Shown here one piece after another: positions 1-10,528 of a DNA stretch of 64,000 nt. Below the pieces are notes generated by a model. That model was given only the letters and a program-made list of their open reading frames with translations. It did not search any database and was not told the DNA's origin. The position numbers were made by a program, and so were the translations under genes. The DNA comes from Carcharhinus longimanus (Eukaryota): NCBI GenBank assembly GCA_030264375.1, contig JASCQW010000098.1, positions 56,706,785 through 56,770,784 on the forward strand. Reading direction: 5' to 3'. How positions within the stretch are numbered: position 1 is the first letter of the stretch; every line of letters starts with the position of its first letter.

Positions 1-51
1 AATCTGTCTGCATTAATCTTAAATATATTCAAAGTTGCAGAATCCACAACC

Positions 52-350
52 CATGGTGGCACAGTGGTTAGCACTGCTGCCTCACAATGCCAGAGACCTG
101 GGTTCGATTCTGGCTTGGATCACTGTATGTCTGGAGTCTGCATGTTCTCCCCATGTTTGTGTGGGTTTCTTCCAGGTGTTCCGGTTTTCTCCCACACTCC
201 AAAATATGTGCTGGTTAGATGAATTGGTTGTGCCAAATTTTCCCTCAATGTACTCAAACAGGTACTGGTGTGTGGTGACTAGGGATTTCCACAGTAACTT
301 CCTTGCAGTATTAATGTAAGCCTACTCGTGATACTAATAAATCAAATCAA
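52..350 (+). mobile_element. HE1/V-SINE (tRNA head), tail type II
   Basis: A-box GGTGGCACAGTGG, B-box GGTTCGATTC, V-domain TTCTCCCC..GTGGGTTTC..CCGGTTTTCTCCCACA, tail CAGTAACTTC..TAATGTAAGCCTAC..TAATAAATCAAATCAA. Confidence 0.9.
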
Positions 351-351
351 T

Positions 352-860
352 CCTCTGTCATGGAGAATTCCAAAGATTCATACTTTTTAAATGACGTTAT
401 TTCTCGTAATCTCAGTCCAAATGATTAGCCCCATAACCTGATATTGTGCCCCTGGATTTTAGATTCCCCAACCAGTGGAAACAATCTCTCGGCATTCACC
501 CTAAGTTTCAGTGAGATCACCTCTCATTCTTCTAAACTCCAGAGAACAAAAGGTTCATTTACTCAGCCTCTCATCATGGGGCAACCCCATTATCCCAGGG
601 ATCAATTTAGTCAACTTTTGCTGTATCGTCTCCAATGAAAATATATTCTCTCTTAAATGTGAAGACCAAAACTTCACACAGTTTCACCAAAACTCTGTAC
701 AACTGTGGCAAGATGTGTTTTTCTCTTGTATGTGTTCCAATCTCCTTATAGTAAAGGCAATATATCATTTACCTTCCAAATTGCTTGCTATATATGCTAA
801 TTTTCTCAGTTCCTTTTATGAGAACACTCAAATCTCCAAGACATTTACACCCTTCCAATG
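352..860 (-). mobile_element. CR1 LINE 3' fragment, decayed
   Basis: Antisense CR1 ORF2-end motifs (GGAGAATTCCAAAGATTCA, CTCATTCTTCTAAACTCCAGAGAA, GACCAAAACTTCACACAG). Confidence 0.7.
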
Positions 861-894
861 TTGACCTCTTCAGCTTCCAGAACTTGTGACTTGT

Positions 895-1240
895 CTCCAG
901 CTGCCTAGGCCACATACTCCTGGAATTCCTTCCTAAAACATTCACCTGTCTACTTCGCTTTCCTCCTTTAAGACCAACAGGTTAAATTTTCCAGTCCTGT
1001 TCACTGCAGGAATCATCATGGGCAAGGTGGAAAATTTGACAGGTTCATTGACCTTGAACTGGAATTTCCAGTCTCGGGGCAGGTGAGCGGGAGAGGATCC
1101 TTTGACCAAGCATCTGTGCATCCACCCAAATATCACTTCATGTGACTCAGTACCTAATTGTTGCTTCCACAACTCTTCTGAGAAGCACCTTGGAATGTTT
1201 TATTATAAAAAGATGTGATATCAATGCAAGTTTTTGTTGA
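895..1240 (+). mobile_element. L2 LINE 3' end, interrupted by a MITE fragment at ~980-1098
   Basis: CTGGAATTCCTTCCTAAA..TCCTCCTTTAAGAC resumes as CTTTGACCAAGC..GAAGCACCTTGGAATG..ATGCAAGTTTTTGTTG; the insert resembles the small MITEs at 24703 and 59525. Confidence 0.7.
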
Positions 1241-1346
1241 TGTTCCAGTGGTTGACATGAACATGAAGAGCAAAGATCCTCCCTGGGGTCTGAGGCAATA
1301 TCCCTCCCTCAACCAATTCTAATCCCATCACAGACACAACACAAGC

Positions 1347-2525
1347 TTTTTTAAATTTTCACGGGATGTGGATGCCACTGGCTGGGCCAGCATTTTTATT
1401 GCCCATCCCTATTTGCCCTTGAAAAGATTGTGGTGAGCCACCTTCTTGAACTGTTGCTATCCATGTAGTATTGGTATACCCACAATGCTGTGCAGGAGGG
1501 AGTTCCAGGATTTTAATGCAGTGACAATGAAGGAACAGTGATACATGTCCAAGTCAAAATGGCAAGTGACTTGGACGGGAACTTGCAGATGGTGGTGTTC
1601 CCATGTATCTGCTACCCTGATCCTTCTAGGTAATAGAGACCGTGAATTTGGAAGGTGTTGTCAAATGAGCCTTGGTGAATTGCTGCAGCGCATTTTGTAG
1701 ATGCAACACACTGCTGCCACCGTGTGTCAATGGTAGAGGGAGTGGATGTTGAAGGTCCAGGATGGGGTGCCAGTCAAGCAGACTGCAGTGTCTTGGATGA
1801 TGTTGTGCTTAGTTTTGATGGAGATGCACTCATCCAGGCAAATGGAGAGTATTCCATCACACTTCCTAGTTTGTGCCTTGTAGATGGTGGACAGGTTTTG
1901 GGGAGTCAGTAGGTGAATTACTCAGCACAGAATTCTTAGCCTTTGACCTGCTCTTTGGCCACAATATTTATTTTACTGGTCCACTTCAGAATTCTGGCCA
2001 ATGATAACTCCTAGGATGTTGCTCATGGGGGATTCAGTGATGGTAATGCCATTGAGTTTCAAGGGGACTTAGTTCCATTCTCTCTTGTGGGCGATGGTCA
2101 TTGCCTGGCAATTATGTGACATAAATCTTACTTGCCACTTATCAACCGCTGAATGTTGTCCAGATCTTGCTGCACATGGGCACGGATATCTTCCAGTATC
2201 TATGGAGTCATGAATGGTCCCAAATATTATGCAATCATCAACGAATACCCTGACTTTGACCTTGCGATGGAGGAAAGGTCATTAATGAAGCAGCCGTAGA
2301 TGGTTTGGCCTAGGACACTACCTGGAACAACTCTGGCTGTGATGTCCTGAGACTGAGAAAATTGACCTCCACTTACAACTATCTTCCTTTGTGCTCGGTA
2401 TGACACCATCTGGTGAAGTATTTTCCCCTTGGTTCCCACTGACTCCAGTTTTGCCAGTGCTCGTTGATGATACGTATGATCAAATGGTGCCTTGATGTCA
2501 AGGACAGTTACTCTCACCTCACCTT
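1347..2525 (-). mobile_element. CR1-group LINE (family 2), RT domain to 3' end, decayed
   Basis: ORF 2227-2517 gives RT motifs LDIKAPFD..LAKLES.G..VVPGSVLG....CFINDL; 3' terminus TTCACGGGATGTGG..CTGGGCCAGCATT at 1358. Confidence 0.9.
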
Positions 2526-2769
2526 ATCTCCACCAGGCACCTACATTGGGCAAATGTTGCCAAGTTGTACTTATCAATTTAAAGCTCATCCCAAGTTGAG
2601 ACATGAAGCAGATTCAATCTGCTGTTTACACCTTGTTAGATTGCAATTGCCATAATGATAAGAGTCTGGATGTAATTGCTAACAATTAGGAGAGACAGTT
2701 GCTAAGTGACTTTCTGTTTTTCTAAATACATAGATTGGATTTGCTGCCCACTGTGTAAAGCAGATTTAA

Positions 2770-3280
2770 TGCATTAACATCAACACACCTGTTTAAAGCA
2801 ATAATGAAGCTCTCAACAAACATCAATGCTGATAGAGGGTGAGATACAACCACATTCCTTGGATGGATGATGGCTGTATACCCCATATACTTTCTATATG
2901 ATGAACCAGCCACTTGGTCATAACCTCCTCAGCATCTATACCTTTGCTCCAAGGACACCTGCAGGTGACATATTAAGTTGGCAGTCATTGATGCTGACAA
3001 CTGGAAGACAATTGTACACTACGATGGCCTCTGGTGGCTGACTGCTTGGAAAGGCATGGGAAGAGGTGAGCAGAAAGAACATATTCAGCTNNNNNNNNNN
3101 NNNNNNNNNNNNNNNNNNNNNNNCAGATTGTGTGCCTTTTCAACCCGCTATCCTTCTCTACAGAAAATGTGACAGAGACGGCCATTCCAGAGGGAGGCTC
3201 CTGAGCCACACCAGATGATGTTTAACATGGAATTGACCACCATGACATTAATCATCAACCTACGAGATGGAAGGATATTA
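2770..3280 (+). mobile_element. RTE-clade LINE ORF C-terminus, decayed
   Basis: Frameshifted translation MDDGCIP..LY.E.ATWS..KDTCR..IKLAVIDADNWKTIV...LW, then terminal zinc finger KCDRD.HSR..LLSHTR*C. Confidence 0.75.
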
Positions 3281-3289
3281 CAGAAGAAT

Positions 3290-3490
3290 GAGTGTTTGTT
3301 GCACCAAACACAGATTAACTGCTCATTTATCTTTGTGTTAATTGTGATGTCCTGCTTGTCAGCATGAGAAAAATGCTTCCAGCATTGAACAAAAACTGTC
3401 ACTGTCCTTCAAAGTAATCAGTTGAGTACAAATCCCTTTTAAGATATTTACAGGAAGTGATAATATATTATATGTGTTTGTCCTCATCTT
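3290..3490 (+). mobile_element. Deu-domain SINE 3' relic (SacSINE1/AmnSINE-like)
   Basis: ACAGATTAACTGCTCATTTATC...GTCACTGTCCTTCAAAGTAATC resembles the Deu domain plus L2-type tail; highly diverged. Confidence 0.5.
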
Positions 3491-3573
3491 TCTTTTTTTT
3501 ATTATTGGATAATGGTTTCAGATTCTAAACAAAGATTTGAACACTAGGGCCCAAACTCTGGTGTGATTTCTGG

Positions 3574-3792
3574 GAACAAAATAGAAAATGCTAGAAAATC
3601 TCAGCAGGTCTGACAGCATTGGTGGAGCAGAATACAATTAATGTTTCGAGTCTGGATGATTCTTCATCAGAAATTCTGGTGATGGGTCATCCAGTTTCAA
3701 AACATTAGCTCTGTTCTCTCTTCACAAATACTGTCAGACTTGCTGAGATTTTGTTTCAGATTTCAACATCCGCAGTAATTTGGTTTTACCTT
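3574..3792. mobile_element. Penelope-like palindromic insertion, family A, with hammerhead core
   Basis: Inverted arms centred on AGAAATTCT (3669-3677); minus strand reads CTGATGA-agaatc-atcca-gactc-GAAAC; flanking TGTGATTTCTGG (3562) and TGTGGTTTCTGG (3793). Confidence 0.8.
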
Positions 3793-4239
3793 TGTGGTTT
3801 CTGGTAAATTTGGGGTGCAGATCAAGGAGACTGTTATTATGGAGGTTGATTCAGCATTGAGGCCTAATCCTTTCCTGTTGTTTCCTTCAAGATCAGAGCC
3901 CTCTCAAAGTAGTTGTATCAATGTTTCAGGAAGATTATTAAAGATAATAATGAGGAGGAAATATATTAGAATGTCAAAAACCACAAATCATGTCCTCATT
4001 GCACTGTGGGTAACTGGTGATAAGTGAAACAATGTATATGTGGTACCAGTAATATGAGCAAAAATACTTTACTTTAGACCTGCAGTTTCATGACATTGAG
4101 GCATTATTGTTAAATTTATAGAAGGGTTTCATAGCATTTTGTTGTGCCATGCTAGAGTTTTCTTCCAAGAAACTGCCCGAGGCCCTTTCCAGTGGGAAAT
4201 CTTATGAAGGAAGTGCCCTGAAAAATCTTACCCATGCAA

Positions 4240-4870
4240 AGAATTTACAGGCCACATGATCCATTTGAAAATCTCAATAGAAACTCTAAGTGATTGTGCT
4301 TCACCAACTGTTGCATGAACACCTGTGGCATAAATTACCTCATCAGAGCACTCTGCCATGAAAATTCTCACCACACTCACTCTCAGTACCAGTGGCTTGT
4401 TTTGAACAGTCACAGGGAATCTAAGTAACATCTCTTAGGCTGCCATCCCAGCACATACTAGGTGGGTAACTGGCATGCTGGATAAAGAGCTGGAAATTTC
4501 GTACACTTTGGCATAACAGTTCGGCAGCATCATGACAGGGGTGTCCAGCTGCATTACATTACTGGATTTCCCAAAGTACAGGATGCAATTTAGCACTTGA
4601 ATCTTTTAAAGTTAGTTCTTCAATGTTCTTAATAGAAAGGGATAGGATTTGCTGAATATCCAAATTGTGTGTGACCGAATGCAAAGGTTCTGCCATATCA
4701 ATGCCAAATTTGCTGAAAAATTCTGTAATCTCTCTGAGTTGCCAGGGACATGAGGAGCCTTAAAGCGGAAGTTTTACTGCTTTGAAAGATCAGGACACAT
4801 TATGCAATGTGCTTCACATTGTTGTGGCTTACAATGCCTGCATATCTTTACCATCCTACAAAGTGTGTGC
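4240..4870 (+). pseudogene. PIF/Harbinger DDE transposase relic (HARBI1-like)
   Basis: AMKILTTLTLSTSGLF*TVTGNLSNIS*AAI; FTGFPKVQDAI*H; LNRKG*DLLNIQIVCDRMQRFCHINAKF; KRKFYCFERSG. These match Harbinger motifs GFP.V.GAIDCTH, NRKG.HSLNVQ.VCD and LK.RFRCLD.SG, with stops and deletions. Confidence 0.85.
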
Positions 4871-5208
4871 TAGGAGGTCTCTGAGGTGAAGCCTCCAGTT
4901 GCTTTGCAGACAGGGAAGCAAGGCCTGGAACATCAGAAGGACCGTCATTCTGAGGAGTTCTCAATAATAACAGCAAGAGGCATCAGAGCTCAACTTAGAA
5001 ATTAAGCGCTCTCATCTGTTTTTCTTTGTCACCAGCCCCATTACTACTTATCGCATGCCTTCAGATAAGTTCTAAATCCTTCAGCTCTGTACCCATCCGA
5101 CAACATCTCATCACATCAAACCTTTTGGAGTTATGTGTGAATGTGCAGGTCAAAATAATATAAACGAATAACTGAATGAAATTTACTCTTCTTGTTTATT
5201 AAGAAGAG

Positions 5209-5532
5209 ATGGTGATGTAGTAATCCAGAGGTTCAAGCTAATGCTTTGGGGATGTGAGTTCAAATCCCACCATGCTGGCGGGATTTAAAATCAATGAATT
5301 CATAAATTAGAAATTGGAAGCCATGAAACTACCATTTTTATTATAAAAGCACATCTGGTTCACTAATGTCCTCTTGGGAAGAAAATCTGCCGTCCTTACC
5401 TGTTCTGGCCTACATGTGATTCCAGATCCATAGCAGTGTGGTTGTCTCTTAATTGCTCTCTGAAATGGCAAGTCACTCAGTAGGATGAGCGTGAAAGCTG
5501 GTGTTGCCAGTCAGCCCACATCCCATGAAAAA
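5209..5532 (+). mobile_element. tRNA-headed SINE (family 2) with CR1-family-2 tail
   Basis: B-box GAGTTCAAATCCCACC; core CTGGTTCACTAATGTCC..GAAAATCTGCCGTCCTTACC; tail GCCCACATCCCATGAA; homologous to 38178-38520. Confidence 0.8.
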
Positions 5533-6454
5533 TATGTAAAACCACCCTGTTCTTTTCCCAGATTCTGCTTCCCCTGGGTGACATTGCATGCCTTTCTTTC
5601 TCACCAACAGGCAGAAATGCAGTTCTGATTCTGTTTCAGGGGAAACTTTACCACAAATAAAAATGGAATCCTTTTAAAATTTGTTCACAAGCACGCAATT
5701 CATTTACATGGCCTTCATCACTATACCACTCACATGTGATATGGACCTGACAAAAGTGACAGGTGGATCTTAAAGATTCCTCCTTCTGAGTACATTATAA
5801 AACACTGAAACATACCTAAAGATGGTATTATTTCAAGTGTCAGTTTGGAACTCATTTTTGCATTCTATTATACCATGTCTCCACTGATGTCTTTTCAGAG
5901 CCAAAAATCAGTGTTAATGGTTGCAACAGTTAAAAGACGTATATAGCAGATTTTACAGCAGGTTTACTAAGACCAGGATTTCTTGCTCCCATTCGGTATG
6001 GCGTGTTTGGCGATGGGAGTGGAAAATATAGGGAGAAGTGCAAAGTCATGTTTGATTTTCAGGTGCTCAAGACAGAAGAATGTGAATGTGTTTCAAAGCT
6101 GTGAACAGCATTCGAGAAACACTGTTTGTGCGAGTTGAGATAAAAATACATCCTCATGTGAAATGATGCAGGATTAGCAAACACCATCTGATCATATTCT
6201 GAGAAGTGATGACAGCTTAGATATGTGTTTTATTACACAGTCAGACTTCTGCTCGCTTTTAAATTGGCATTATCATATTCTCCCTCAGAAAAGTTGTTCA
6301 GTTAGCTATTTTCTTTCCATTTATAAATATGGGATAAAATTCATTGATATTAAGTACACCACCTTATCATTGAAAAAAACATAATTGCATTTTTAAGTAT
6401 GGTGCTATTGTGGCAAAGGCTTATAAACTCATCTGGAGTATTCCTTTTTTCAAT

Positions 6455-6732
6455 TTGAGTGTCACAAATAGGCTTACATTAACACTGCAATGAAGTTATT
6501 GTGAAAATCCCCTAGTTGCCACATTCCAGTGTCTGTTCGGGTACACTGAGGGAGAATCTAGCATGGCCAATGCACTTATCGGGCACATCTTTCAGACTGT
6601 GGGAGGAAACCGGAGCACCCAGAGGAAACCCATGCAGACATTGGGAGTCCGTGAAGACTCCGCACAGACAATGACTGAGACTGGAATTGAACCCAGGTCC
6701 CTGGCAATGCGAGGCAACTGTGTTAACCATGC
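6455..6732 (-). mobile_element. HE1/V-SINE, tail type II
   Basis: Reverse complement of the 52-350 family (TGTGGGAGGAAACCGGAGCACCC..GAATTGAACCCAGGTCCCTGG). Confidence 0.9.
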
Positions 6733-7052
6733 CTACAGTCAACATTGAAGGCATACAGAGCAGCAATTCATAGTTGAATGCATACCAAGTTCTAAAAGAG
6801 GCTCAAAACTGCCTCAAAACTAAGCCTTTAACTGTAAAGGTTTTGAACAGCTGTTTCAGGTAGTGTCCCTGAAGACCCTGGCACCCCGAATGTTACACAG
6901 ATCAGGTGCAGAACATTGCATCAGAGATGAATCCATTTTGTTCCAAAACCAGGTGCAGCAGGAACCATTGCCAACCCCTTTAAGCATGAATATGGAAGGA
7001 TTATTTAACAATGTGGGCAGCAGCTAAGCAACCTTAAAATCCATATCTATGG

Positions 7053-8016
7053 AACAAAAACGGAGAATGCTGGAAATGCCCAGCAGATGAGACAGCATGC
7101 AGAGAGAGAAATAGAGTTAATGGTCAGAATTATCCCATGATCCTGCTGATGGGTTCAATTGAGGGAGTGGGATGGTGGGCAGGGGGAAGTACTGAGGGCT
7201 GNNNNNNNNNNAATTTAGCATAAGCCAAAAATCAATTTCACGCCAACATGAATTTCCAGTGAGTTCTTTCACTGATGTCTACCATGACAACTGGGAAACC
7301 CACTGGAGGAGGCTGATGTAAAACTGATTTGAGTCCCACGGATAGGATGCAAATGAAGGCCCTATTCCTAATTCTCCACGGTGTCAGCAGGAAACACACC
7401 AGTGCAAAACGTATCTGCAACTACATGGCATGCAGAAGTTGGATTCAACTGAACAATAGCTGGGGCTACCAGTACGTGAAGGGAGCCACCAGCAACCTTG
7501 GGCCCTTGAACACCACAGCAGCAGCAGGCCGGGGGGGGGAGGCATTTATAGGTGGGTCTTCCAGCTTCAGTGTCATTGAGGTGGTCCATTTGCCAGCCTC
7601 AGACTATTCCTGGAGATCCCTCTTCTTTTTCAGGGGTCGATGTTTTTTCTTCATAGTGGGTCAGTAATATTGGGCACCTTTTCAATATGGCGCCTGCATT
7701 TGACAATGGGACTTCCATCGTCATTCCCAGGCCACTGCAAAATGTAGCACCAAACCTCTGGGTGCATAATTCATAAGGTCGGTATCAAAAGGCATGGTGT
7801 TGTTTCCTGCCATCCTCCGCAGTGAGAAATACCTCACGTTCCCACCCCCTCAGCAGGACTTAATCAGCAGGATGGAAGAATTCTGCCCAATGTTTCAGGT
7901 CAGTGACTTTCCATCAGAACTGTTTCTCTCTCCATGCATGTTCCCTGAATTCCAAATATTTCCAACATTCCCTGTTTTTATTTTAGATTTTCAGCATCTG
8001 CAGAACTCTGCTTTTG
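7053..8016. mobile_element. Penelope-like family A insertion split by a MITE
   Basis: AAAACGGAGAATGCTGGAAATG..AGAGTTAAT resumes at 7889 as AATGTTTCAGGTC..CATCAGAACTG..CAGCATCTGCAG; flanking ATCCATAT..TGGA at 7039 and 8017. Confidence 0.7.
7122..7888. mobile_element. Harbinger-type MITE
   Basis: TIRs GGTCAGAATTATCC / GGAAGAATTCTGCCC, TSD AAT on both sides; removing it restores the host element. Confidence 0.8.
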
Positions 8017-8781
8017 ATCCATATGCTTGGACAGGAGAGTAAGTAAGCCGTGAGATAGTGCTCAAGAACAGGAACAGTTGCTATCACTCCTCCATCTGAA
8101 ATCTAAGACCTCTAATCAGGTATCAAATTGATAGTTTTTGATCCATCTCTCTCAGTGCTACACAACAAGGTCTTTTTACATTAAGTGATTAGGGGAGCCC
8201 ACTAAAATTTCCATTTAAATCAATATTGTTGCAAAACATTTCACCAGTGCAATGTTAAACCTTTAAAATGTGTGAAATCTAGAGCAGCATATTCTAAACT
8301 AGAATTACAAAGCATGATTTGATTTTTTGACTGTAGATTTTGACTGATTTTTTTTTTAACTGTAGAATAAACTTTCCCAGAAAAAAAAGGTTAACTTTCT
8401 GCAATGTTTACAGAGAGTATTCAAGGATGTATAAACTTTTTAGTACATTGATAAGTCCCATTTTGATTTGGGTTGAATTTTACTAGTGGAATTTTAGCCA
8501 TGGTCAACTGCATTCAAAGGTCGTGGCTGCCAAGGAATTCATTGCTGCCAAATGTGCTTGTTTCCATACTTTAAAGATTTCTGTTTATTCAGTGCAATTA
8601 AACTGATGCCCTCAAAAGCAAAATGATTTCCTTTTTTGTGTAAAAAGCTTTTCATGAATTTATTGTTTTCCTCACTGACAAAATGCATTTATTCTCTACC
8701 TGCAGTTCCATGGGTTCATCCTGAAAATAAGAGCTAAGTAGTAGCTCTTTGTTTAAATTGGGCTGAAGAAATTAGTTACAA

Positions 8782-8928
8782 TTTTTTTTCCAAAAATATA
8801 CTTTATTCATAAAAATCTCAAGTAATCTATTGCAAATGTACAGGGCTTTGCTAGCAAACAATGTGGAATCAAAACATTTTTACAGGTCTGTCCAAATTAC
8901 AGTGACTACATTTCAATACTTAAAAACT
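8782..8928 (-). mobile_element. Probable L1/Tx1-type LINE 3' end
   Basis: Minus strand ends ATGAATAAAGTATATTTTTGGAAAAAAAA (polyA signal plus A tail); the rest is lost in a gap. Confidence 0.45.
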
Positions 8929-9560
8929 NNNNNNNNNNNNNNNNNNNNNNNNNNNNNNNNNNNNNNNNNNNNNNNNNNNNNNNNNNNNNNNNNNNNNNNN
9001 NNNNNNNNNNNNNNNNNNNNNNNNNNNNNNNNNNNNNNNNNNNNNNNNNNNNNNNNNNNNNNNNNNNNNNNNNNNNNNNNNNNNNNNNNNNNNNNNNNNN
9101 NNNNNNNNNNNNNNNNNNNNNNNNNNNNNNNNNNNNNNNNNNNNNNNNNNNNNNNNNNNNNNNNNNNNNNNNNNNNNNNNNNNNNCTCTAGGAAAACCCG
9201 CAACGTGAAAGACAATTCTTGATTTAAACATTTCTAGGTGGGAAAGGAAAAGATTGGAAGGATATCCTCGGGAGCTGTGAATTATTTTAGACTCGCTCCA
9301 GGAGAACTGAATGTTCACTTAAAGGACAGTGTAACATTCACCTGATAGTGGGGTTTTTCAGTTGTGCTGAAATTTATTTTCCATAGCTTAAAGTACAAGT
9401 TGCCTAAAAAATATTGTTTAGTAAATAGGGCTTTTACTCTGGTTTTGGCAAATGTCTTAAAATGTGAAATCTTGTTGTGTTCTCCACTGCTTGATTTATC
9501 GAACTATGGTATTTGTGAATGTTATCATCTCTTCCTGTGAAGTATTTTATCCAAGCTAAT

Positions 9561-10528
9561 GGGCCCTATTTTAACATTTTGATTTTAAGCGCTAGGCAGA
9601 CTTGAAACTGGGAGTGTTTCAGATTCGACTTTTAGAGGCACCCCCATACACACTCTGCCTGCAAAAGTATCAGTCAGTCCGAATCACAAACCTGTGGGCA
9701 GGGCTAAATGCATCCAAAACCATGCAGCTTTGACCGGCTTCCAACTGTGCATGAGCAGATAAAAAAATGATAGAATTCTGCTCCCCTGCCACCCCCCTCC
9801 CGGACCCCCATTGACATTGTCCCATCCCCCCCAACATTACTCACCCCCTTATCCCCCACACCCCTGCCACCCAGACTGATCATGGGCCCCTCCCTCCTGC
9901 TGATCTCGGGCAGAGTGACAGTGGACCCCCCTTCACCCCTGCTGATCTCAGGCAGAGTGCCCCACCCTCTCCCTTCCCTCCCCACTGATCACAGGTAGAG
10001 TGGCAGTGGACCCCCTTTAACCTCCACTGATATCAGAGAGCGTGGCAGCAGACTCACTTACCACCCCATCAATCGTAAGCAGAGTGGCAGTGGACCCCCT
10101 TTCACTGCCACTCATCATAGACAGTGTGGCAGCAGATCCCCCCTTTCCCCCATTGATCTCAAGCAGAGTGGCAGTGGATCCACCTTCTCCCCACCCGTTC
10201 CCCCACCGATCTCAAGCAGAGAGCCATCAGAAGCTAGGCACCTACCTTCACACTAACCCTCACTGATGGGGCACCTGAGTCAGATGTATATGNNNNNNNN
10301 NNNNNNNNNNNNNNNNNNNNNNNNNNNNNNNNNNNNNNNNNNNNNNNNNNNNNNNNNNNNNNNNNNNNNNNNNNNNNNNNNNNATCAGTAAAGTTGGGCG
10401 TACAGCCCATTAAGTCAATTTAAATGCCGGTGCGGAGGCGGGCCTGGATCGTGCTACTTACTTCATGGACGACTTTACCAAGTTTTCACGCCCAAAAACA
10501 GGTGCAGTGCGATGGTAAAATCAGGCCC
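9561..10528. mobile_element. Harbinger-type non-autonomous element
   Basis: TIRs GGGCCCTATTTTAACAT / ATGGTAAAATCAGGCCC, TSD AAT; both termini homologous to 34072-35105. Confidence 0.85.
9870..10225 (+). repeat. GC-skewed minisatellite (~43-46 bp unit) inside the MITE
   Basis: About 8 degenerate repeats of CTGATCTCAGGCAGAGTGGCAGTGGACCCCCC-(pyrimidine tract). Confidence 0.85.

Noticed and set aside
52-125. tRNA genes at SINE heads
   Set aside because: Only A/B boxes are present, with no full cloverleaf, and they continue into SINE bodies
35-319. Recurrent ORFs with VAQWLALLPHSARDLGSI (also 26177, 37514, 41569, 53797)
   Set aside because: Translations of the HE1 SINE head, not a protein family
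4240-4870. Domesticated HARBI1 gene
   Set aside because: Multiple stops, frameshifts and a deletion; this is a dead transposon copy
9870-10225. CRISPR-like repeat-spacer array
   Set aside because: Eukaryotic context, degenerate repeats and low-complexity related spacers indicate a minisatellite
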